DNA from: Lama glama
Lineage: Eukaryota
Assembly (NCBI GenBank): GCA_028534125.1
Contig: CM052816.1
Span: 73,720,001-73,784,000 of the forward strand
DNA: 64,000 bases
Reading direction: 5' to 3'
The first letter of the stretch is position 1; every line of letters begins with the position of its first letter. Both the position numbers and the translations under genes were made by a program. The notes under the pieces are model-generated. The model was given only the letters and a program-made list of their open reading frames with translations. It had not been told where the DNA came from and did no database searches. Shown here piece by piece: positions 11,716 to 23,655 of this stretch.

Positions 11716-12009
11716 CCATAGCCCACAGTCAGCCAAAGACTACAAAGTTTGCCTTTAAAACTAGCTAAGAAAATAAGAAACTATCAGAACTTCTTATACT
11801 TCCCTAACATCTTCTTCCACTCATAACCTCATTCCAGATCTTCTTGTCTTTCAGTTCTTAGATCTATAATGAGTTTCTGCATAGCTCTTTTTTTTAATTG
11901 TCTTTAGTCTTACGGAAGCTGTATTCAACTATTATCTGCTGAGCTAGTCCTCCATCTTGTGCCAAGTGGCTATTTAATTATCCTTCCATCTCTCTGAAAA
12001 GTCAATGGA

Positions 12010-12120
12010 TTAGTATTTATTCAGTGCTTACTATGGACCAAGCACTGTGCTACACATTGCAAAGTATTTTTTAAAAAGATATTAAACCACCTCCAAGGAG
12101 CTTATAGCCCAGCTAGAAAT
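12010..12120 (-). mobile_element. L2 3' fragment
   Basis: tatttattcagtgcttactatggaccaagcactgtgcta...caaggagcttatag. Confidence 0.65.
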
Positions 12121-12874
12121 ACATGATTTCAAATGATGGCAGGAAATATTTATATGCTAAACTCAAAAACACTTAAAAAGGGTAAATCCTCAAACAAGAG
12201 ATAGACGCAGGGTCAGGAACCTCTTGAGTTCTGACTGTGTAATAATATCGTAATAGTTGCCATAACTTTAGTATCTACCACTGTGCAAGATAAGGAATTT
12301 TGGGGTTTTTACTCATTAAAAAAATTTGCTCCACCATCCATGTGAAATCCAGATACATTAGTGAATTATTTCCCACTCAGAATTCTTGTGTATCAGTTTT
12401 CAGTCAATTAAATTTTTCCAGCTCAGGTTCTACCCCTTATAAGAAGCCTTCACTTGCTTCCAATCACCAATCTCATTTCGTCCACATCTAAAAAACATTT
12501 TGTCTATCCTGCATTTGAGCAGTGTTCTTTTGACTGCAAGTGACAGAAGCAACTCAAATTAGATAAGGCAAAAAAGGGAAATTATCAGCTCCTACTTATA
12601 AAAATGTTCTATAAATTCATCATAACTTGCAATCCTGACCCAAGAAGCAAACTTTCTTATTGGAAATAGTTATCTATGTCACTATTCATCTTTTGTTTAT
12701 GAAGAATAAAACACAGGCTTAATTTTAGTTCTATCAAAAAATTTTCAGCCTCTATGTAGTTGAATATATAGTAAAAAAAGGAATGACTTTTTGTTTTTTT
12801 TCTGAAAGGAGAATCTATCTTTGCCAATTTCAATGTCCTAACACAGGTAGTAGCCTCTATGTCATCTAGCTGCC

Positions 12875-13058
12875 ACAGTTTTCAGCCTTGGTCCATTAGA
12901 TTATCTGAGGATCTTTTAAAAAGAAATCAGTGTCACCCTCCTCCCACCTCAACACCAGATCAATTCAATCAGAAGCCTAGGAATGGGGGCCTAGAAAACG
13001 GTATTTCTTTAACACTCACCATGAGATTCTAATGTGCACTGACGATGGAAAACCTATC
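12875..13058. mobile_element. MER5A-like hAT-Charlie MITE
   Basis: ccagatcaattcaatcagaagcctaggaatgggggcctagaaa...gattctaatgtgcac follows the MER5A pattern. Confidence 0.7.
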
Positions 13059-13479
13059 TTCTGTGTAGTACCTGCATTATACCATCTACTTAGTCAAGGA
13101 GTTAGCAGTACTGCCCAGTTAGTGACAATGGCTAAATAGCTAATTTTAACTACTAGACAAAGACAAAACAAGAATGATTAACAGAAGAATCTAGACAAAC
13201 TTATTTTTATCTTCAAATGTGGCAGTGCTTCTTAGCCGTGGAACCCAACAATTTGCAATTTCATTGCAAGGATCTCTTCCCAACCATAAAATTCTAGAGT
13301 CTTTATATATGTCTTCCATTCTTTGGGTTTTAGCTTGTTTGTATTTTGCGTTAAGTCATTTCATGCCCATAAAATTAGCCAGAGAATTATTTACCATTAT
13401 TCATAGACCTTACAGAAAATATGAATCAGAGGTTTAGACTACTACCTCCAGGCAGAAAAAGGCAGAATTGAAGGTATGA

Positions 13480-14000
13480 CTGGTCGACAGGTTGCTCCAC
13501 ATGCTGTTCTGAAGCAGAAGGCCAACCACATGAAGTTGTTAAAGGACAGTTATTTCAAGGGGCTTGTTAGAAAGCCACGTGAAATGACAGGAGCTGTAAA
13601 GTTGACCATAAATGTCACTTGTAATTAAAGATAATGTGTGCATGGTGGTTCATTTAAGAAAACAAATAGGACTGCATTAGAAGGAGAACAACGGCCGAGC
13701 TACTGTTTTATTCATAGGTTATTAGTAACGAAAGACGTTAGATCATTTTGTGGAAGAAAGGAGCCATTTACATTGGCTGCATTGGAGGAAAAAGCCTTAA
13801 AAGGTGGCAGCTGATTGCTTATGGGTTTATTTTTTGCCAACCAAAAGGGATCAGATGGCTGCCGCCCCGTCTTTTCTTCACTCACCTTGACTCCTCAGCA
13901 GTTGCTGACACATGAAAGAAATCCATGTCTTCAGAATCAACTCACTCTTAGTGGCCCAATTGGCAGAAAATAAAAATAAACACAAAAACCTCTTATTTTG
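13480..14000. promoter_or_regulatory. Candidate conserved cis-regulatory element, possibly an alternative promoter on the - strand
   Basis: Unique CpG-retaining block with CACGTG, CAGCTG and CAGATG E-boxes, CCATAAA, CCAAT motifs and a consensus - strand donor AAG|GTGAGT at 13886. Confidence 0.4.
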
Positions 14001-14834
14001 CAATATTAGCAAAGAAAACACTGACCTTCCACCTCCTACCTAATCTACCCCCAATTGCTTCTTTGACACCATGCCTAGTAAAATGAAAAGGGGTTTTCAA
14101 AAGAAGGAAAGAAACATCTGGACTTCAGATTCCCCTCCAAAGCAGAAACCAAGCCTATAAAGGTTACATGTTTCAACGAGCCACGCAAGATGAAGGAGAA
14201 AGTTCAACTGCTTATCCCACTTGACCTTGGCTTTAATGCAGGATCACATTGATCCTGATGGAGAGATTAAAACGCCAAGTTCAGAACTGCTCACCAAGCA
14301 AATTCACAAGGGGAGTTCTAAGAGTTCTTTGGCACTCTTGCTTCATATGGAATTAGCAGGGACGATCCCAGGCCACAAATGTAGCAATATTTTAACTCAG
14401 TGTGCAAAATTTCAAAGATAAAGTCTGAGATTGGAAGCAGTACTGAACCTTTCAAACACTGCTTTCCTGGTAGACTTTGTCAGGAAAATACAGCATATGT
14501 GAGAGCTGTTGAAAGATTTCTGTATAGAAGGAAAATAAAAATGGAGGCCACCACAGCCATGAGAGGTAAAGAATGAAGGTGGGGGGTGACAAACCCCAAA
14601 ACACTTTCTCTTACATATTCCTACTCTAAATTGCAAATTATTGCTACCTTTAGTGAAAAATCACTTTCATAGTACAGCAAAATGGTACACAAATAATCAT
14701 GGCTTTTCTCAGTAAACACTAACACAGTTTTGACAAATAAAAATAAAAACTTCAAACCTAAAATTTCAAAAATCTGAGAGAAAGATCAGCAACAAAGGTC
14801 CATGCTGGTCCACTAGTCTATCTCTTAAACTGCT

Positions 14835-14970
14835 CTAATAGAAAGCACCCTGGACTAACAGTCTGGGAATTTGGGTTCCAGCCCACCTCAGCCACCACCT
14901 AACTGTACCTCAGCCAAGATTCTTTGGGTCTCCATTTCTTCATCAGTAAAATAAAAGAGTTGGGTAGAGG
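14835..14970 (+). mobile_element. MIR-family fragment
   Basis: gaaagcaccctggact...tgggttccagccc...tttcttcatcagtaaaata. Confidence 0.6.
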
Positions 14971-16528
14971 AATTCTAGCAAACCTGCTCATGATTACCAC
15001 ATCCATTTTCAACTAGTTTTTTCTGACTAGCCCAACTCACAGTAGTTGCTCCCTCTTCCCCGTTTGGGATGCATTAACTCTCCCACTGACCTAACTCTTA
15101 ACTTAGCTCAGTGTTGTTTATTTGCTCTAATGTCTCCTTTTCTATGAGACTGTAAATTCCCCTAAGGCACAAAGTAGCTTGTTTTTAATTGCTTCACTCA
15201 GTGAAATTAAAAGTGTTACACACAAGGTAGATTTTTGCATGTGTTTTTTGGATAAATGTATGAATGAGTAATGTTTGGCACTTAGTAAGTATTGGGTTAA
15301 TTGACCAGTTACATTGTCAGGGATGGATCACAAAAATAAGCCAAAAAAACCCACTGATTTCTAGAAAGCAGATCTCGTCATTAAACCAAAAAGTTGTCCA
15401 GACTATATTTGTTAGATGATAAGAAAATATTTCCACTTTAAAATCTCTGTGTTATCCCTGTTCTGGCAGAATCACAAAAAGTTACATATTTCATCTGAAA
15501 ATCTTAGATATATAATGAAATAAGTCAATTGACGTAAGTATTTATTAGAGTATTTTTTTTCATAAAAACAGGAAGAAATTCTACATTTTGCTAGTCCTTA
15601 ATTATGTACTTATTTTCTAATGTTTCTTGGGTTTTTGCTCTTTTTATTAATTAATATAGAAATTCTTGACTCTATAATTGTACCACCATTTAAAGGTTTT
15701 ACACAGTCACACCTTTTCTGTTTCTATTTAAACTTAATTCAGCACAGCTAGTATAAAATCATTGGCATCTTTGTTAAAAATGTCCACTCTTTCTATTCAT
15801 TCCCTACCATATATATTAAAGAAAAACTCAAGGGCATTGGATACAAGAATTACTGCGTTTATAGATTTTACCAATATTTTTGGCTCCGGTGGCTAGACAA
15901 TTTCAATCTTTATCATACCAGAAAAGTGCTTATGTCACAAGACTGAACTGGAGAAATAGTTAACAACCACGGGCAAAAGAGAAAATAAGAGACTCTGACA
16001 CTGATGAGTCTTGCAATGTCACCAACAAGAGCTCTCTTCTGCCAGCACATGGAAAGTTTTCTTACTTGCTAACTAGACTTTAGCATTCCTCTGCTCTTTA
16101 CTACAAAAACACCAATTCTATCCTACACATAACCTCAATTAGTTTTTCCTATGCTAATTGCTAAGGAGACATGACATACATTTTTCCCTCTTGGATTTTG
16201 GTTATCAGCTTACATTGAAAGGAAAGTACATGAAGAAAAATCATAGCTAGATGGACAAAGTTAATTCTAAGAAAAAGCAGTCACAAGACAATGAAGGGCT
16301 ACAAATTAGGTAATCAGGAAATATGAGAGCCTTGTTCTGTGTGTTTGATCTTCAGTCAGTGGCTGAGATTTAAATCAATATGTGTCTTTAGCTCCCTGTT
16401 AAAGTTTGCTATCACAAACTTTCATTTTGGCCAAAATGTATTTTTTAAATATTTTTTCATCTCATTCAGTCACAACAAAATCATCGGGAAACCCCAAACC
16501 AGTTGAGTCTATTATAGGTTGGTTGAAA

Positions 16529-16529
<1 letters not shown>

Positions 16530-16563
<34 letters not shown>
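16530..16563. repeat. (CA)17 microsatellite
   Basis: Perfect CA run read directly. Confidence 0.97.
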
Positions 16564-16565
<2 letters not shown>

Positions 16566-17539
16566 GTTTTATTTTGCTTTTTTTAAATCCTGTCAGTCAT
16601 TAGACCTTTGTTTTGGAAAGACTGTCCCTTTTCCCATATCCCTACCTTAAAAGGACAATTCCAATTCCAAGTGTCCCAGATAAATAGGAACACTGAACTG
16701 ATAAAGGCAGTTAAACAGAAATCAAAGCCAACAAGAATAATGCTTGACATACACTACACTTGCCCTTCACGTCCTGTAATGATTGAGTTCAGACTGGACT
16801 ACCACCAGCATGTGGTGTTTGCCAGCTGAGGCTCATAGTATTCAAGTTGTAAGTCTGAACTCTAAGCAAATCGATAGGGAGAAGTGGACCAGAGAGCCAA
16901 GTCACACCTGTGATGCGTCTTCTGGTCTTGAGTATGAGAAATGTTGATTAGAGTAACCCAGAGTCACTGAAACAGCAGAGCTGTTAGGCATGTTTATCAG
17001 ATTGGCCCAAATTTGATATGACAGAAACAGCATGTTCTGCTATTCAATGAACCCACTGGTATAAATACCACTCAAGCAGCCCATGAACTCCAGTAGAGAT
17101 CTGTTTATTTTGCACGTAACAGAAGAAGATTTTTCTGAATTTTTGCTCTGAAGTACAGAGAAAAAACTTAACCACTGATTGGCTCTGACACAAGAAGAAA
17201 AGAAAGTAGTTGCCTGATACCAATAATACATCTCTAGAAAATCAGTTATTTAAGTATTTTTAGTGACCATCCGATGGAATCCTTTGCACAGTATTATACT
17301 TGGTATTCTCCTAAAAAGTATTCAATTAACTCATTATTCACTTAGAAGACGCAGCTCAAGAATAACTTTAAGCAACAACATAATAATTTAAAGTAACTAA
17401 ACCTTATACAGACCAAAAGTTTCTCAGAAAATAAAAATTATTTCCAAAGAATTGCCTTTTATTTTTCAAATGAAATTATGTAGCACCCTGTTTCTCTGAA
17501 ATGAAGTGAAATCCCTTAGAAAAAATGAAGTAGACAGCT

Positions 17540-17965
17540 GAGAGAAATGAACACTCTTAAACATCAGTATTGGAAGTATAAAATACAACTTTTCTGTAGA
17601 GCAATTTGGCAGTAAGAATCAAAAGACATAAACATTTTTAAAACCTTTAGAATAATTCCATTTCTAGGAATTTTTTCCTAATAAGTAAACTAAGATGCAG
17701 ATAAAGAGTTATATACAATAGTATTCACTGTGAAGTTAATACTGGAAACAACCTTGATGTCCAAATATAAGGAATTTGTTAAATAAATATGCTACAACCA
17801 TTGTTAGAATGCTGCTTAATAGTTTAAACTGATGTCATGGAAAAACATTAAACAGCATTAGAAATCATTCTTCATATTTCATTAAATGAAATATTAGGTT
17901 ACAAAACAGTAAGTATGATAGAAGCACAATTTTAGTTTATGTAAATGTATAGGAAAAAGACTTGG
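17540..17965 (+). mobile_element. Old L1 (L1ME-like) 3' fragment
   Basis: gagcaatttggcagta...aattccatttctaggaat...ctggaaacaacct are decayed L1 ORF2-end/3' UTR motifs. Confidence 0.65.
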
Positions 17966-17981
17966 CATATATTCTGTAGAT

Positions 17982-18250
17982 CAGTGCTGCCCAGTAGGAA
18001 ATGTACAAGCCACATATGTGATTTTTAATTTTCTAATAGCCACATTAAAAAGTAGAAAGAAACAGGTGAAATTAATTTTAATATTTCATTTAACCCAATA
18101 TATTCAAAATATTATGTCAATACTATGTAATCAATGTAAAAAACTATTATTATTTCATATATTTTTTCATACTAAATCTTCGAAATTTGGTATGTATTTT
18201 ATATTTACAGCACATCTCATTTCAGACTAGCCACATTTCAAGTGCTCAAT
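17982..18250. mobile_element. MER33-like hAT-Charlie MITE, truncated by the adjacent L1
   Basis: Starts cagtgctgcccagta; contains agccacattaaaaagtagaaagaaacaggtgaaattaatttt and gactagccacatttcaagtgctcaata; the second terminus is missing. Confidence 0.75.
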
Positions 18251-21200
18251 AATATCAATTCACCAGGAAAATAAAACAATTATATACACACTCAACATGA
18301 GCCTATCTAAATATATGAAGCAAACATTGACAGAACTGAAAAGAGGAATAGCAGTACAATAATAATAAAAGATTTCGAATCTCACTTTCAATAATGAATT
18401 AAACATCCAGATAAAACATCAGCAAGAAAATAGAGGGCTGGACAACACTGTAGTCCAAATGGATCTAATAGGCATTTATACAACATTCCACCCAACAGCA
18501 GCAGAATATACATTCTTTTCAAGTTCACACAGAGCAATCTCCAGGATAAATCACATGTTAGGTCACAAAATAAGTCTTAACAAACTTAAGAAGACTGAAA
18601 TCACACCAAGGATATTTTCTGACCACAGTGGAATGAAACTAGAAATTATCAGCAGAAGGGAAACTGGAAAATTCAAAAATATGTAGAAATTAAACAACAC
18701 AATCTTGAACAATCAATGAATCAAAGAAGAAATCAAAAGGGAAATTAGAAAATATCTTGACACAAATGAAAAAAGTACCAAAACTTATGAATGCAGCAAA
18801 AACAGTACTAAAAGGGAAGTTTACAGCTATAAATTCCTATCCTCAAAAAGAAGGAAGATCTCAAATAAACAACCTAACTTTATACCTCAAGAAGCTAGAA
18901 AAAGAACAACAAATTAGCCCAAAGTTAGTAGAAGGAAGGAAATAACAGATTAGAGCAGAAATAAATGGAATAGAAAATATAAAAAAGAAAAAGAAACATT
19001 AACAGAACTAAAAGTTGGATTTGTTTAAAGATAACAAAATTAACAAAACCATAGCTAGACTAAGAAAAAAGAGAGAAGACTCAAATAAATGAATGCAGAA
19101 ATGGAAGAAGAGACATAACAATTGATGCCACACAAACAAAAAGAATTATGAGACCACTACGAATAATTATATGCTGAAAAACTGGATAGCCAACAAGAAA
19201 TGGATAAATTCGTAGAAACATACAACCTACCAAGACTAAATTGTAAAGAAATAAAAAGTCTGAATAGGCCTATATCTAACGTGGAGATTTAATTTGATTA
19301 CTGATTAGTAATCACAAAATTCCCAATAAAGAAATTCTCAGGACGAGATGGCTTCACTGGCAAATTCTACCAAACATTCAGAGAAGAATTAATGCCAACC
19401 CTCAAACTCTTCCAAAAACTTGAATACTAGCGAACACTTCCAAACTCATTTTACGAAGCTAATATTACCCAGTATGAAAGCCAGACAAAGACACTACAAG
19501 GAACAACACACAATATCCCTGATGAACACAGACACAAAAGTCCTTGACAAAATATTGGCAAACTGAACTCAATAGCACATTAAAAGGATTATAAACCATG
19601 ATTATTCAGGATGACACCTGCACCCCAATGTTCATAGCAGCACTGTTTACAATAGCCAAGACATGGAGACAGCCTAAATGTCCATCAACGGATGACTGGA
19701 TAAAGAAGATGTGGCAAATTTATACAATGGAGTACTACTCAGCCATAAAAACCGACAACATAACGCCATTTGCAGCAATATGTATGCTCCTGGAGAATGT
19801 CATTCTAAGTGAAGTAAGCCAGAAAGAGAAAGAAAAATACCATATGAGATCACTCATATGTGGAATCTGAAAAAACAAACAAACAAACAAACAAAGTATA
19901 AATACAAAATAGAAACAGACTCATAGATATAGAATACAAACTTGTGGTTGCCAAGGGGGCAGAGGGTGGGAAGGGATAGGTGGGATTTCAAAATTGTAGA
20001 ACAGATAAACAAGATTATACTGTATAGCACAGGCAAATATACACAAGATCTTATAGTAGCTCACAGAGAAAAAAATGTGACAATGAATATATGTATGTTC
20101 ATGTATGACTGAAAAATTGTGCTCTACACTGGAATTTGACACAACATTGTAAAATGATTATAAATCAATAAAAAATGTTAAAAAAAACATGATTAAATGG
20201 GATTTATCCCTCAGATGCAAGGATGGTTTAATGTACACTAATCAATCAATGGAATGCACCACATTAACAGAATAAAAGATAAAAATCACATAGTTATCTG
20301 TTGGGATACAGAAAAAACATTTGAAAAAATTCATCATTCTTTCATAACAAAAATGCTCAAGAAAGGAAACAAAAGAAAGACAAAAGAAAATTACCTCCAC
20401 ATAATACAGGCTATATGCGAAAAGCCCACAGCTAACATCATACTCAATAGGAATATAACTGAAACTTTGTGTTATATCATACACAAAAAGCAACTCAAGA
20501 ATGGATTAAAAACTTAAGTGTAAGACTTGAAACTATAAAACTCCTAGAAGAAAACATAGGGGGAAATCTTCATGAAATTGGTCTTAATATTTACACCAGA
20601 AGCACATGCAGCAAAAATAAAAATAGACAAGTGGGACGGCATCAAACTAAAGAGCATCCGCATAGCAAAGGAATCAAAAGAATGAAAAGGCAATCTTCAG
20701 AATGGGAGAAAATATTTGCAAACTATATATTTGATAAAGAGTTAATATTCAAAATATATAAGGAATTCCTACAACTCAATACCAAAAAAAGCAAATAACC
20801 CAATTACAACCGGGCAGAAAACTTGAATAAACACTTCTCTAAAGCAGATATAGAAATGGCCAACAAGTATATTAAGAGATGCTCAGAATAACTAATAATG
20901 TTAGAAATGCAAGTTAAACCACAATGTGATATCACCTCATACCTGTTAAGTTGGCTTTTATTAAAGCACATACAGTAAATAACAAGTGTTGGTGAGGATG
21001 TGGAGAAATTGAAATGCTGTGTTCTGTTGGTGGACATGTAAAATGGTACAGCCTTCATGGAAAATAGTATGGAGTTTACTTAAAAAATGAAAAATAGAAC
21101 TATCATATGATCCAGCAATCCCACTTCTGGGTATTTATCCAAAAGAAATGGAATAAGAACCTCAGAGACATATGCATACAACCATGTTCACTGCAGCATT

Positions 21201-21674
21201 ATTCACATTGTAGCACCATTCACAACCACCTAAATGGTTGTCAGTATATGAACGGATAAAGAATATGTGGTATATATATATATATAAGGGAAAGTGTATG
21301 TACACAATGGCAATATGGAATTCAGCCAGAAAAAGAAGGAAATCCTGTCATATGCTACAGTGTAGATGAAACTTGAGGACATTATGCTAAATAAGCCAGT
21401 CATAGAAGTATAAACACTGCATAAGTCTTCTTATATGAAGTATCTAAAGTAGGTAAATTCATTGAAGCTAGAAATAGAATGGTGGTTGCCAGAGGCGGGG
21501 GGGGGGAGGAGTTGCTAAGCAATGGTTATAAAGTTTCAGTCACACAAGATAATAAATTTTTAGAGATCTGCTCTATAACATTGTGCTTATAGTTAATAAT
21601 GCTGTAATGTACACATAAAAATTTCTTCAGAGGGTAAATCTCATGTTATATGTTTTCGACCACAATAAAAAAAA
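18251..21674 (+). mobile_element. L1 (L1MA/MB-like): decayed ORF2 from endonuclease to 3' UTR and A-tail
   Basis: ORFs 18459-18686 (DLIGIYTTFHPTAAEYTFFSSSH...SDHSGMKLEI), 20254-20517 (HHINRIKDKNH...KPTANIILN) and 20469-20798 are L1 ORF2 pieces; ends cacaataaaaaaaa. Confidence 0.93.
19605..20187 (+). mobile_element. Young 5'-truncated L1 nested in the older L1, TSD CATGATTA
   Basis: Intact ORF2 C-terminus (TCTPMFIAALFTIAKTWRQPKCPS...SLICGI*), 3' UTR and A-tail; catgatta at 19597-19604 and 20188-20195; the host reading resumes after the insert. Confidence 0.92.
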
Positions 21675-21829
21675 TTATATAGTCAACTTCCTCAACTCTG
21701 GTATTATATCTGGTACCTTGAAATCTGGGGGCATTTTCTTAGAACTTGATATGTCAGAGAAAATCAAGACATTCCTCAGAACTTCTAATTGATATGGGTG
21801 ACTCAGTCTTCACTATTTATTGATAAATG

Positions 21830-22230
21830 CCCTTTTCTTCTCCATATAGTTGAATATTAAGAATATCCATAATCTTCATTCTCCTAAATTCCTTCCCTTC
21901 AACTTTGAACCACCTTGATTTTTTTAACCATATAAACTGCTGTCAGAATCCTTTTTATTTGGATCTGGTACGACATGTTGCCAATGAACTCATTGCTTTA
22001 GTCACTGAAAAATCATTCTCATCAATCATTTATTTGAAAGCCTTTTCATCATGCAGTCTTCTGGTAGATCTTTCAAAAACTCACATTCTCATTATGATTG
22101 ATCACTCACAGTGTTGTTTCAGATTCCTTTGTCCATATCTTTATCCTCCAAGACATTCATAAAATGTTTTCGCTATATCTTAGGAATTGGCTCTTGATTC
22201 AGTTCTTCCATTCATATACCCAAGACCATG
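21830..22230 (+). mobile_element. L2 internal fragment
   Basis: Pyrimidine-rich decayed sequence resembling the L2 ORF2 region. Confidence 0.4.
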
Positions 22231-22239
22231 CACCTTGGT

Positions 22240-22980
22240 AGTTCCAGCAAAGGCCAATCTGATATTCAGTGCCACACATGGAATGCTTTCCCTTTCCATT
22301 ATAAAACAGAAACATTCAATTTCTCAAAGGCCACACTCAGAAGACTTTAAGCAGCCTTTCCTCTTCTCATGTGCAAATTAGAGATGGTGTTAGTTAATTC
22401 AAATTGATTTTGGCACACTCCTTAAACACAAAAGACCACTGCCATTTTATTCTGCAATTCTATGAATTCTGATGACTTTTCTCCACATTTCAGCATCACT
22501 GCCAACATGTGAGCTAAAACTCCCACGATGATTAGCTTTTCAGATGCTGGGAATCCTACAGTGGGTTTGTCCAATTCCACCAAAATCTTTCTTTCCCATC
22601 AGTATTTGCTATGGTCATGTGGTCAATTAAACCACAATAATATCTGTGCTTCTTCACTCAATTTGTAAACAACAATTTATAAAGATTTCCACTCTGCTCA
22701 TGCTCAATAAAAGTTAAGTACTTTTTTTCACGGAAATCCAGATGAAATCTCATGAGCAATTTACCATCACACTGAGCTTAGACTGGATAAAATTCCTGCA
22801 CGAAAATTCAGTGCCCAAAAGAATACTCTTCCTCAAAATGAAAAAACTGGCACTCACTTCTCTTTACCTCAGTCAGTATGTCTGTATTTTCTGTTTTCCA
22901 TCTCTCTATTAGAAAGTACTTCCATAGAATTTAGGTAATGCTCAACATCTTTTCCAGTAGGTTCTCGATATTCGGTATTA
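22240..22980 (-). mobile_element. Ancient RTE-clade LINE fragment (MamRTE1/L4-like) encoding a decayed AP endonuclease
   Basis: Manual - strand translation across frameshifts gives, in order, NTDILTEVKRSECQF...YSFG, TIANTDGKERFW, ELDKPTVGFPASEKLIIVG, SSHVGSDAEMWRKVI, NGSGLLCL/KECAK/QFELTNTI and SMCGTEY, colinear with RTE endonuclease motifs. Confidence 0.7.
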
Positions 22981-23399
22981 AGAAAAACTTGCACTTCATA
23001 AATATCCACTCACTTAGCATACCATATTTTTCTTAACTTCACATTCTTAGTATCTTTGTTGATATAACATCCATGTCCCAAACTTACTGAAATTTTTCAC
23101 ATTTAATTTCTTAATTATATGTCTCACTTCCATAATTTATTTAGTCATATATACTGCTACTCAGAATTTTTAATTAAATTTAATATTGAAGCCTTTAAGA
23201 AATATTAGTATTCTACATGTCCATTTAAAAATTTAAACAACATGAAAAATATAGAAGGTCAAAAGCACCTGAACCTACCATCCTCACTGATGTCTTTCTA
23301 GATATTTCTTATGTAGCTATCCATATGTGAAAATGAAGGTATATCTGTAAACTTACATACCTTTCATGTTTATTATTATTATTATTTATTACCATTTCC

Positions 23400-23655
23400 C
23401 ATTCAGTGATGTGCTGTAGCTTTTGTTTCATCTTAAGAAATATTAATTGATCGGTCAATTCATCTTAATGACCACATAATTTTCCATTGTAGAAGTGTAC
23501 CGAATGATTTAAGCATGTTCCTGTTAATGGACATTTAGGCTGACTAAGTTTTCTTTATTGTACACAGTGCTTTGGTGAATATTTTTGTGCATGCATATTT
23601 TTATTTTTTAAATGATCTCATAGCTCTCATAGCTATTAAAAGTGGGATTTGAACA
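23400..23655 (-). mobile_element. L1ME-like fragment (antisense)
   Basis: ttccattgtagaagtgtacc...taatggacatttaggctg...gtgaatatttttgtgcatg. Confidence 0.65.
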
